NCBI GenBank assembly: GCA_965213705.1
Contig: OZ243913.1
Coordinates: 3,872,001 to 3,936,000 of the forward strand
Source of the DNA: Trueperaceae bacterium
Lineage (GTDB): Bacteria > Deinococcota > Deinococci > Deinococcales > Trueperaceae
DNA: 64,000 nt
Direction of reading: 5' to 3'
Each line of letters opens with the position of its first letter. The stretch's first letter is position 1. Made by a program: the position numbers and the translations under genes. Below, in pieces: positions 20,070 through 28,701 of the stretch. The notes beneath the pieces are model-generated. The model saw nothing but the letters and a program-made list of their open reading frames with translations. It was not told the DNA's origin and did not search any database.

Positions 20070-21134
20070 ATGCCTTACTTCAGCGAGGCGGAGTTGAGGA
20101 GGGTTGCGAGGGCGCAGCGCACCTTTCTCTCGAGGCCGGACTTTGTCTCGCCGCCGGCCTACCGCCGCGCCTGCAACCGCGCGGTGAAAGAGCTGCTGGG
20201 GGCCGACCACGCCGTTTTTTTCGAGGTGAGCCGCGACGAGGTGGTGCTCGAGTCCGAGGACACCTACCCGGAAACCCTCGCCTTTCTTGCCAAGACCTAC
20301 CGGGCCAAGCAAGTCCGCGACGACTCCTCGTGGGACGACAACTTGGAGAGGTTCGTCGACCAGCGTCTCCGCCGCGGGGCCGGGGTTTACATCGACCTAA
20401 ACGACCGCACGCTGTTGGAAAACTCGCCCGTCTACCACAAGCACTTCAAACCGACGGGACTCGGCTACCTCGTCGGCCCGTCCGTGCCTGTGCCGGGCGG
20501 CGAAGTCTCTATCTGTGCGGCTTTCGAGACAAAAAACGCGGCCCTCTACGGGGAGCAAGGCTTGGGGCTGCTCGAGCTTACCCTGACGGCTTTTACGGCG
20601 GGCGCTCAAGTCCACCTGCACTCAGCGCCCGCGCCCCTTTTCTCAGCCGCGCATTTCGGGCTGCCGCTCGTCGCCTTCGACGAGGCGGCGCGTGAAACCT
20701 ACCGTAACCCGGCCTTTGACGACCTGGTCGAAACGCCCTCGGGCCATGAACTCGTCGCCTGCGCTGCCGACTTGGCGAAAGCCTTTTTGGCGGCTCGTGA
20801 CCGGGTCGTAGGCCGCAGACAGCTCACCAGCACCGATGGGCACTACGAGCTGACGGCGCTACCGACCGTCGGGACGGGTTTCGAACGGGGAACGCTGGTG
20901 CTCGTCACGCGCCGGAACCTTGCGTTGCCCGCGCTGGCTGTTATCGTGGAGCGCTTCAAGCTCACAGCGCGCCAGGCTGAGGTCGCGCAGTTGCTGGCGC
21001 AAGGTTTGACCGACCGGCAAGTCGCCGAGCACCTCACCATCAGCGTGAACACCGCCCGGCGGCACGCGGAGCAGGTCCTTATAAAACTCGGCGTCAAGAC
21101 CCGCGCGGCGGTCGCGCTCGCGCTGCTCGGGTGA
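20070..21134 (+). CDS. LuxR-type HTH transcriptional regulator
   Basis: C-terminal LTARQAEVAQLLAQGLTDRQVAEHLTISVNTARRH..VLIKLGV; GGAGG RBS before ATG 20070. Confidence 0.88.
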   Translation: MPYFSEAELRRVARAQRTFLSRPDFVSPPAYRRACNRAVKELLGADHAVFFEVSRDEVVLESEDTYPETLAFLAKTYRAKQVRDDSSWDDNLERFVDQRLRRGAGVYIDLNDRTLLENSPVYHKHFKPTGLGYLVGPSVPVPGGEVSICAAFETKNAALYGEQGLGLLELTLTAFTAGAQVHLHSAPAPLFSAAHFGLPLVAFDEAARETYRNPAFDDLVETPSGHELVACAADLAKAFLAARDRVVGRRQLTSTDGHYELTALPTVGTGFERGTLVLVTRRNLALPALAVIVERFKLTARQAEVAQLLAQGLTDRQVAEHLTISVNTARRHAEQVLIKLGVKTRAAVALALLG

Positions 21135-21381
21135 GGTGGCTCTGACGGGTGTAAAAAATCTGATGGGTGTAAACAAACTGTCTGCAGCGGCGCTCGCTCG
21201 GGTTTCGTAAAGGCTTCGCAGTCGTCGCTCGAGACCTCCCGAGTTTGCCGACAAAGCTCTTCTCACCTTCATGACCGAACCCGGCGAGGAAGGTGAAAGA
21301 ACGGCTATTTACGGCGACGGTCTCCCGTTCGTTCAGCGGTTGCGACAGCGACAGGGATGACGGAAAGGCTCGAGCCGCACC

Positions 21382-22341
21382 TCACCCTAAACTACCCTCG
21401 AGCTTTCCCGGGTGATGCTTGCGCCAGTAGCGCGTCACGCCCAGCACGGTCATAGCGTAGTTGCTGGTGAGTTGGTGGCGCGCGACCACTTCCGGCTGAG
21501 CGTCGTCGGCTTTCAGTTCGGCGTTGCCGTAGTCGGCGATGCGTTTCGTCAGCGCCGCGTCGTCTTCGCCCGCCCGCATCCCCTCCAAAATCACCTCGGC
21601 CCAGGCCCCGTTGCGCTCCGGCACGCGGCGCAGGTGGGTCTCAGGGTCGGTAACCTCGCCGAAGTGGGTCAACAGGAGGCGCTTGGGTTTGGCCTCGAGC
21701 ATGGTTTGCGCAGTCTCCCGCCAGGTTTCCAGGTTAATTTCGGGCGGCGGCAGGGCGGGGCGGACGACTGACGAGCCCCCCAGGTGAATAGCGGCGGCGT
21801 CGCCGGTAAAAAGGGCGTCCTCGTTCAGCAAGTAAGCCACGTGGTGCGAGGCGTGGCCCGGCGTGTAGATGACCTCGAACACGTGCCCGCCGAGTTTCAG
21901 GGTCTCGCCACCTTGCAAGGGTTTGATTTGCGCCTCGGGTATGGGCGTCATCGGCCCCCAGAGGGTGTCCATCATGTCGCCGTAAATGCGCGTGGCGCTC
22001 GCCATAAGTCGACTCGGGTCGATGAGGTGGGGTGCGCCGATTTCATGCACGTAAACCGTTGCGCCGGTTTCTGCAGCAAGTGCGCCCGCCGCGCCCGCGT
22101 GGTCTAAGTGGATGTGGGTGAGGAGGATGTTTTCTAAGTTTTCCAACTCGAAGCCCGCCTCGGCGACACCCGCCTTGACGGCCCCCAAGGTCGAAGCCGG
22201 CCCCGTCTCGACGAGCGAGAACTTACGGCCCTCGCCCGGCACCAGGAACACCGCCACCGTGCCTTCGTTGCCCATGTGCCGGGAGTCGATGACGTACACG
22301 CCGTTCAAATCCTCAACGCTCGGGATACTCACATAGGCCAT
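21382..22341 (-). CDS. MBL-fold metallo-hydrolase
   Basis: THIHLDHAG, TPGHASHH, FTGD, THFG. Confidence 0.92.
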   Translation of the reverse strand: MAYVSIPSVEDLNGVYVIDSRHMGNEGTVAVFLVPGEGRKFSLVETGPASTLGAVKAGVAEAGFELENLENILLTHIHLDHAGAAGALAAETGATVYVHEIGAPHLIDPSRLMASATRIYGDMMDTLWGPMTPIPEAQIKPLQGGETLKLGGHVFEVIYTPGHASHHVAYLLNEDALFTGDAAAIHLGGSSVVRPALPPPEINLETWRETAQTMLEAKPKRLLLTHFGEVTDPETHLRRVPERNGAWAEVILEGMRAGEDDAALTKRIADYGNAELKADDAQPEVVARHQLTSNYAMTVLGVTRYWRKHHPGKLEGSLG

Positions 22342-23102
22342 CAGTCCGCAGCTTCAACCGTATTGGTAAGCGTGCCGATGCCCTCGACCGTCACCTCGAC
22401 CGTATCACCGATTTGCAGCGGGCCGACGCCCTCCGGCGTGCCGGTCAGCACCACGTCGCCGGGGTGCAGGGTCATAAAGGCGCTGATGTAGCTCAGCACT
22501 TTTGGTAAATCGAAGATAAAGTCCTTGGTGTTGCCGTCTTGCTTCACCTCGCCGTTGACGCGCGTCTGCACGCTCAGGGCGCTCGGGTCCAGGTCGGTCT
22601 CGAGCCACGGACCCACCGGCGCAAAACCGTCTGCCGACTTGCCGCGCGTCCACTGGAGGTCGGCTTTTTGCTTGTCGCGCGCGGTCACGTCGAGGGCGCA
22701 GGTGTAGCCGAGGACGTAGCTCAGGGCCTCGCCTTCGGAGACGTTTTTCAATTTGCGCCCGATGACGGCGGCAAGTTCGCCCTCGTAGTGGAGGTTGCTC
22801 GTCCAGGACGGGTAAAAAATTGGGTCGCCGGGGTTGGCGAGGGTGTTGAGGCCTTTTAAGAACAGGCCCGGCTCGGTCGGCAGGTCGGAGCCACCCATCT
22901 CGCGCACGTGGTCGGCGTAGTTTTTGCCGACGCAGATAATGACCCGAGGCTCGCAGGGCGCGAGGAGGGTCACCTCGGAAAGTTCTACGGTCTCCCCCGT
23001 TCGCTCGCCCATCATCCCGCTCAGTTCGTGAATTTTGCCGCCCTCGAGTTCACCCCAAGACGCCGTTCCGGCGTCGTCCTGCTGGTACTTCACACGTTGC
23101 AT
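22341..23102 (-). CDS. Fumarylacetoacetate hydrolase family protein
   Basis: [43 protein letters not shown]. Confidence 0.93.
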   Translation of the reverse strand: MQRVKYQQDDAGTASWGELEGGKIHELSGMMGERTGETVELSEVTLLAPCEPRVIICVGKNYADHVREMGGSDLPTEPGLFLKGLNTLANPGDPIFYPSWTSNLHYEGELAAVIGRKLKNVSEGEALSYVLGYTCALDVTARDKQKADLQWTRGKSADGFAPVGPWLETDLDPSALSVQTRVNGEVKQDGNTKDFIFDLPKVLSYISAFMTLHPGDVVLTGTPEGVGPLQIGDTVEVTVEGIGTLTNTVEAAD

Positions 23103-23156
23103 GGTCAGCCTCCTAAGTCCAAGGCATTTTATCCGGTTGGACTCGCCCGGAGGCAA

Positions 23157-24035
23157 CTAAAACGCGTAGCGCACCGTGCAGTAAGGCACGACCTCGGCCA
23201 TCAAATCTTTGAGCGCGCGCACCTGCCGACCCTTAAACCCACTTCGGTAGCGCACGTTGTCGCCGCCCATCTGCGAGGTCTTCGCCTCCTGGTTGTGCGG
23301 CGTCCAGAGGAGTTCTTCGGCTTTCGGGTGCCAGCCCAGATTGACCTCGTGCAGTTGCTCGTTGTGAGTTAAAAAGATAACCTCGGCTTTGAGTTGGGCC
23401 TTGGCCGCCTCTGAAAGTGTGTCGTCGACCTCGGTCAGCAGCGCGCGGTAGTCTTCCAGCCAGCCGTCGTAAAGGACGACCGGGCTCAGGTTGAGGTGAA
23501 CTTCGTACCCTGCCGCGACGAAGTCGCTGACGGCGCTGATGCGCTCACTCATCGGCGAGGTGCGCACGTCGACGGTTTTGGCGACTTTCTGGGGCATGAG
23601 CGAGAAGCGGACGCGCGTTTTGCTTTGGGGGTCGTAGCTTAGCAAGTCCCGGTTGACATACTTCGTCGCGAACGAGGCTTTGGCGTTCGGCAGCGTCTTA
23701 AAGAGGGTGACGAGGTCGCGCACGTTGTCGCTTATGAGTGCGTCCACCGAACAGTCGCCGTTCTCACCGATGTCGTAGACCCAGAACGTGGGGTCGGTCT
23801 GGGCCGGGATTTTGGGCTCGAGGGCGGAAGCGTGTTTGCTGATGACTTTTTGGATGCCTTCGATGTTCACGAAAGTCGTGACGGGGTTGGCGTAGCCCTT
23901 GCGGCGGGGCACATAGCAGTTGTGCGTCACGACCCCGTTTGCCAAGTAGCTTTCGGGGCCGGGTACGTGAAAGTTGTAGACTTTGGCAGGGCCTTTGACA
24001 CGCTTTATGCGCTTGACAGGTTGATAGTTGAGCAC
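23157..24035 (-). CDS. Split-intein C-fragment fused to C-terminal part of spore photoproduct lyase family radical SAM protein
   Basis: GAGGAGG RBS, GTG; IntC 24035-23919 ends VYNFHV...YLANGVVTHN; extein starts CYVPRRKG..YDIGENGD..FATK..RFSLMP. Confidence 0.9.
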   Translation of the reverse strand: MLNYQPVKRIKRVKGPAKVYNFHVPGPESYLANGVVTHNCYVPRRKGYANPVTTFVNIEGIQKVISKHASALEPKIPAQTDPTFWVYDIGENGDCSVDALISDNVRDLVTLFKTLPNAKASFATKYVNRDLLSYDPQSKTRVRFSLMPQKVAKTVDVRTSPMSERISAVSDFVAAGYEVHLNLSPVVLYDGWLEDYRALLTEVDDTLSEAAKAQLKAEVIFLTHNEQLHEVNLGWHPKAEELLWTPHNQEAKTSQMGGDNVRYRSGFKGRQVRALKDLMAEVVPYCTVRYAF

Positions 24036-24055
24036 AGTCCTCCTCGAGGTGACAA

Positions 24056-24877
24056 GTGGTTAAACAAAACTGTCTGTGGTGTGGCAAAAACGTCACAAGT
24101 GGTGACTTCTGTAACAAAGTTTGCGAGAGCCGCCACACGAACATGATGGGCAAGCCGTGTAAAGCCTTTTATTCTTATGCTCAAGCCGCAGCTTACTTGG
24201 GTAAAGACAGCCGTACCATACGCAAGTACGAACACGTTCTTTTTGTCATCGACAAATCTCTGACCAACAAGCACGCTAGGTTGAGAAGCTGTAAGGTTTG
24301 CGGCGGACTGTTCAAGTCGTTCGAGAACAGGAACGGCTATTGCCCGCCTTGCTCGCAAAGGGGCGAAGGGCGCAAAAATCAAGCGAGAGTGTTGTCGCAG
24401 CAACACCAGGGTGAGGGTAACCCCAACTACGTTGACGGCAGCGCCAAGCAAACGTTCAGACACCTTGGCACAGGTAAGGCTTGGGCCAGAGCGGTTCTCG
24501 CACGTGACGGCGTGTGCCGTTGTTGCGGGAGCGACAGCGACCTTCAGGCGCACCATGTTCTCCCCAACGCCCTCTTCCCGGAGCACGCCACCGACGTTAG
24601 CAACGGCGTTACTCTGTGCGGCCATCATCACACAGAACTTCATCTTGCTCGTTTAGATCTCCTGCTTTTACCCAACCTCTACGCGTCCACAGAGGGTGGT
24701 CCGCCGTTACACGAAGCGTTGTGTCGCCAAGCTCAATTTCAAGAACTTCGTCAACGTCCCTATAAGCCGTTCCGGAAACGACGGCTGTTACGAGCCGTTC
24801 CGAAGAACTATCGAAGGCAACTACTTCGGATCCATCCTGAATTTGCTCGACAGGTACTGGGCCTTGCGGCGTCGTGA
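24056..24877 (+). mobile_element. Free-standing HNH homing endonuclease with Zn-finger and HTH modules
   Basis: GAGGTG RBS; two Cys-rich Zn-finger motifs, FYSYAQAAAYLG HTH, GEGNPNY.DG, W...VLARD..CRCCG...L.AHHV......N.VTLC..HH...H. Confidence 0.88.
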
Positions 24878-25199
24878 CGAGGGTGCCTTCGGCCACACAG
24901 TAGGCGCAGGCCATCGCGCAGCCGTTGCTGGCCCCCGGCGCTATAAAGTCGGCGCTGCGCCCGTTGACGCGCACCGGCAGCGACTTGCGCACGCCTAAGA
25001 CGAGGGTGTCGCGTTTGATGCGCACCCAGTCCTCTACCGAGCCCTCGTTGCCGTGGAGGCTTGGGATATTCCAGTGTGACGGTACTTCAATCCGCTCGGC
25101 GTCGGGAAAGCGGGCCAGGATGTCCTGGCCGCGCGGGTAGCCGGGGACGCTAGGCTCGAGATAAATCTTCCCGACCTTGAGCATCGAGTCCGTGAGCAT
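24609..25199 (-). CDS. N-terminal part of spore photoproduct lyase family protein fused to split-intein N-fragment
   Basis: TGATG coupling to upstream gene; extein ends SNGCAMACAY; IntN 24899-24612 starts CVAEGTLV (block A), has TADHP (block B) and WVKAGDL..QDEV, then TAA. Confidence 0.9.
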   Translation of the reverse strand: MLTDSMLKVGKIYLEPSVPGYPRGQDILARFPDAERIEVPSHWNIPSLHGNEGSVEDWVRIKRDTLVLGVRKSLPVRVNGRSADFIAPGASNGCAMACAYCVAEGTLVTTPQGPVPVEQIQDGSEVVAFDSSSERLVTAVVSGTAYRDVDEVLEIELGDTTLRVTADHPLWTRRGWVKAGDLNEQDEVLCDDGRTE

Positions 25200-26287
25200 C
25201 AAGTCCAGTACAGCACGCGCGCCTGCGGAAAACGCCGGGCGATTTCAGCCTCGAAGAAGGCTTTCAGCTCGAGCATCACGTCTTTGGTGTACACGTACTT
25301 CGTGCCGCCGAACTTGTTGCGCTTGACGCTGCGGCTCGACTCGTCCAAGTCGAGCGAGGTGTTCGGGTACCAACTCAGCAACACCTCCTTCGAACCCGGC
25401 GTAAAGCGGTGCGTGATGAGTTCGAAGGTGAGGTCGCAAGGAAAGTCGAGCGCGGCCTCTATCTTGTCGAACAGGTCCGTGTAGTGCGCGCGCCAGTCCT
25501 CGCCGGGCATAATCGGCGCGACGACGAGCCCGACGGGATAGTCGGCCAGCGCGAGCTTGCGTAAAGCTTGCAAGCGCTTCTCGACCGAGGCGGTGCCGCC
25601 TTCCAAGCGCTCGACCGGCGCGGCGTTGACCGAGGCCCTGGCCCGCGTGTGACCGTGGTGGGGCACGTCCAGCAAGGGCTCGACCGCGTCGAACTTGCTC
25701 ACATAGCGCAACCGTGCGTTCTCCAAACCTCCGAAGTGCCGAACGCACTCGCTCAGGGAGTGGGTGAGGTGCTCTAAACCCAGCGGGTCGGTGTAGCAGC
25801 TCACCTCGAAACTCGTCTCGCGGTCCGGCTGCAAGTAGTTGGTGAGGTTGTCCAAAATCTCGTGCAAGTTCGCGTACACCTTTGTCACCGGCGGCCCCGA
25901 CAGCGACCCCGCGAGGTAACAATATTGGCAGTGCGCCGGGCAACCCTGGGCTAGGTGAAACTGGTAGTCGGCCGACGGCGGGATGGGCTGAAGTTTGAAC
26001 TGCGACGGCGGCGCGGTCACGACCGCGAGCGTGCGCTTGGCGAGCCGGTAGGTCTCGCGCTCGGTCTCGCCGCGCAAACCGGTGATGCGGTTACTGCTGA
26101 GTTCCACGGTGGGCACGCCCAGTTCGGTGACGCGCTCGAGAATCCGCCGCCCGTGCTCGTGCTTCAGGGCGTCGGGCGTAAACAGCGCCCGCTCGGGCAG
26201 CCACAGTTTGGGGCGGCCGGTCTTGGTTTTGACGGAAGGTGCGACGAAAGGGGCGGAAGTGCCGACGGTCGGCAGGGCGATAGCCAT
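25199..26287 (-). CDS. Spore photoproduct lyase family radical SAM protein (intact paralog)
   Basis: PIPPSADYQF.LAQGCPAHCQYCYL, FEVSCYTDP, FELITHRFTP, KFGGTKYVY; AAGGAG RBS. Confidence 0.9.
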   Translation of the reverse strand: MAIALPTVGTSAPFVAPSVKTKTGRPKLWLPERALFTPDALKHEHGRRILERVTELGVPTVELSSNRITGLRGETERETYRLAKRTLAVVTAPPSQFKLQPIPPSADYQFHLAQGCPAHCQYCYLAGSLSGPPVTKVYANLHEILDNLTNYLQPDRETSFEVSCYTDPLGLEHLTHSLSECVRHFGGLENARLRYVSKFDAVEPLLDVPHHGHTRARASVNAAPVERLEGGTASVEKRLQALRKLALADYPVGLVVAPIMPGEDWRAHYTDLFDKIEAALDFPCDLTFELITHRFTPGSKEVLLSWYPNTSLDLDESSRSVKRNKFGGTKYVYTKDVMLELKAFFEAEIARRFPQARVLYWT

Positions 26288-26341
26288 AGTGCTCCTTTGT
26301 GGGGGTTGAGAGACGTGAAAAGAGGGGGCGAAAAACCCTGA

Positions 26342-26364
26342 TTTGCTATACAAATTATAGCAAA
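26342..26364. promoter_or_regulatory. Palindromic operator overlapping the -10 of the SPL operon
   Basis: TTTGCTATA-caaat-TATAGCAAA perfect 9-5-9 inverted repeat; minus strand contains TGcTATAAT. Confidence 0.65.
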
Positions 26365-26434
26365 CGGGCGGGCTCGAGTTGGAGCCCAACTCACAGTTCA
26401 GCTAGTTGAGTTTCATCGTCCAGCACGCATTTTC

Positions 26435-28327
26435 TCAAACCTTTTCAGCGAGGCTTTCGGACGCTTTTTCCCACGCCGCCATCGCGCTCAGCAGGTCTTT
26501 TTCAAGCTCGGTGTGACGGGTGCCAAGCTCGGTGATTTGCTCCGCCGTGAGTGCCGCCGTGTCGGTGAGGTGTTGCGTCACTTCTGCCAGGTCGACCTCG
26601 AGCCCCGCAATTTTGTCTTCAAGGTCGGCCAGGTCGCGCTCGAGCTGCCACTTTGACGGCCCCTTCGTCGCCCTGTTCTGAGGTCGGGTCTCGGCACGTT
26701 CTAGATTGGCACGCTCAACGTCGGCCTCGGCTTCCATGCGCTTAAACTGGTAGTAGTCCCAGTCGCCGTCGTAGGTTGTCAGCGCGCCGCCGCCAAGTTC
26801 CCAAACGAGGTTCGTGGTTTCTCTGATAAACCTGCGGTCGTGCGAGACGACGAGCAGCGTGCCTTCAAACGCGGCCAGGGCCGCCTCCAACGCCTCGATC
26901 ATCTCGACGTCTAAGTGGTTTGTCGGCTCGTCCAACACTAGGAAGTTGTGCTCGCCCAGGGTGAGTTTTAAGAGCGCCAACCGCGCCCGCTCGCCGCCGG
27001 AGAGGTTTTTGACGAGCTTGAACTGCGCTTCATACGGGAACATGAAGCGACCCAACAGGTTGTGCGCCTCGGTGTCGCCGACCATGCGAATCATTTCCTC
27101 GAGCAGCGTGTTCTCCGGGTCGACGCCGCGCAACTCCTGGTCGTAGTAGCCAACGCGCACCCGCGCGCCGTAGCGCAGCAGCGCGCGCGGGTCGTCGCTC
27201 GTTAGGTTGCCCAAGAGCAACTTCAAAAATGTCGACTTGCCCGCCCCGTTCGGCCCGACCAGCGCGACGCGTTCGCCCTGGCGCAACGTAAAACCGACGT
27301 CGCTAAAGAGGCACTTGGTCCCGAACGCCTTACCGAGGTGCTGGGCTTGCAGCACGACGTCGCCGCTCTCGTGACTTTGAAAACGAAAGCGCGTGCTGCC
27401 CTGTTCGCGCTCGGCCTCGCCCAACATCGTGTCTTCATAGCGCTCGAGCCTTTTAAACATCGCGCGTGCGCGGCGGTGCAGTTTTTCGTTTTGCCCGGCC
27501 CAACTTTTCATGCGCTCGGCAGCGGTTTCCAGGCGTTCTTGCTCGCGCGCCTGGTTTTTGCGGGTCAGCGCTTCGACGGCGAGTTGTTCGGCGCGGTAGG
27601 CGCGGTATTCGCTCGGCGTGCCCTCGTAAGAGCGCAGGTTGCCAAAGGCGATTTCGGCGGTGCTCGAGCAGGCCCGGTCGAGCATGTCGCGGTCGTGCGA
27701 GACGATTAAGACCGCGCCCGGATAGCGGCCCAGGTAACCCTCCAACCAGGTGCGCATCGCCATGTCCAGGTGGTTCGTCGGCTCGTCGAGCAGCAGCACG
27801 TCGGGCTGCGCCATCAACAACTGCGCCAAACCGAGCCGCGTTTTCTCGCCGCCGGAGAGGCTTTTGGCAAGTTGCCCCTCCCGCCCCCGGAAGCCGAGCG
27901 CGTGCAGCACCATGTCGCGCCGCGCCCTGCGTTCGTAGCCGCCGCGCCGCTCGAAAGTTTCGTGCAAGCGTTCCCAAGCTTCGTAGACCTCGGGTTGGTC
28001 GAGGCCCCGGTGCTCGAGCTTCTCGAGCCGTTTCTCGAGCGCGTCCAGGTCGGCGAAGGCTTGTTCGGAGACCACTAAAATACTCGCGTCCGGCTCGAAC
28101 TGCGGGTCTTGCTCGAGCTTCGCCAGGGTTACGCCGTCGCGCACAAAGACCGCGCCGCCGTCGGGTTCGACCCGGTGGGACAACAGGTTTAAGACCGTGC
28201 TCTTGCCCGCCCCGTTGCGCCCGACGAGCGCGGTGCGCGAGGCGGCGCGCAGCTCGAGGTTCGCCCCTTCCAGCACGGTTTGTTCGCCGAAATACTTGTC
28301 GACTTTTTGGAGACCGGCTAAAAGCAT
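26435..28327 (-). CDS. ABC-F family ATP-binding protein
   Basis: Two ABC cassettes (GRNGAGKS/GPNGAGKS, LSGGE, LDEPTNHLD), no TM, C-terminal coiled coil. Confidence 0.95.
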   Translation of the reverse strand: MLLAGLQKVDKYFGEQTVLEGANLELRAASRTALVGRNGAGKSTVLNLLSHRVEPDGGAVFVRDGVTLAKLEQDPQFEPDASILVVSEQAFADLDALEKRLEKLEHRGLDQPEVYEAWERLHETFERRGGYERRARRDMVLHALGFRGREGQLAKSLSGGEKTRLGLAQLLMAQPDVLLLDEPTNHLDMAMRTWLEGYLGRYPGAVLIVSHDRDMLDRACSSTAEIAFGNLRSYEGTPSEYRAYRAEQLAVEALTRKNQAREQERLETAAERMKSWAGQNEKLHRRARAMFKRLERYEDTMLGEAEREQGSTRFRFQSHESGDVVLQAQHLGKAFGTKCLFSDVGFTLRQGERVALVGPNGAGKSTFLKLLLGNLTSDDPRALLRYGARVRVGYYDQELRGVDPENTLLEEMIRMVGDTEAHNLLGRFMFPYEAQFKLVKNLSGGERARLALLKLTLGEHNFLVLDEPTNHLDVEMIEALEAALAAFEGTLLVVSHDRRFIRETTNLVWELGGGALTTYDGDWDYYQFKRMEAEADVERANLERAETRPQNRATKGPSKWQLERDLADLEDKIAGLEVDLAEVTQHLTDTAALTAEQITELGTRHTELEKDLLSAMAAWEKASESLAEKV

Positions 28328-28512
28328 AGCCTCCATCTTAAAGGGTGGCGGGCAGTTGGCAAGAAAGGTGGGGAGCAGGGGCGCGGAGGAACCGAGGAGA
28401 AAAGGCTCATAGCTCCCCTGCTCCCTAGCTCCCCGTCTCCTCAGTTCTAAAAACGAGCGGTCAGGCCGTGGTCAGGGTGCGGGGCGGATACTGACAAACA
28501 AGGAGGCAAACG

Positions 28513-28701
28513 ATGTTTTTATCAGGCAAACCGACTGAGCTGTGGCGGCAACTCCCCAGTGAACCCGACCTGTGGGAAGGTGAGCACGGCGTCCTCATCA
28601 ACACGGCAGCGTTGCGGGCGCGTGAAGCTTTTTTCGAGGTCGCGCGGGTTGCGGCTACGGACCTCAGCTCGAGCGAGATACCTGCTGTGCAAGTTCGGTA
28701 G
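28513..28701 (+). CDS. Small hypothetical protein
   Basis: AAGGAGG RBS before ATG; shares the LINTAAL motif with the next ORF. Confidence 0.55.
   Translation: MFLSGKPTELWRQLPSEPDLWEGEHGVLINTAALRAREAFFEVARVAATDLSSSEIPAVQVR

Noticed and set aside
24032..24619. Invertible switch bounded by GCACAG/CTGTGC that would restore a contiguous intein
   Set aside because: Only a 6-bp inverted repeat; inversion would not put HNH in frame and would cut its motif; no recombinase in the window.
24005..24643. 212-aa minus-strand ORF that could bridge IntN and IntC through two frameshifts
   Set aside because: It is the antisense shadow of the HNH gene, has no endonuclease or intein motifs, and would need two compensating errors.
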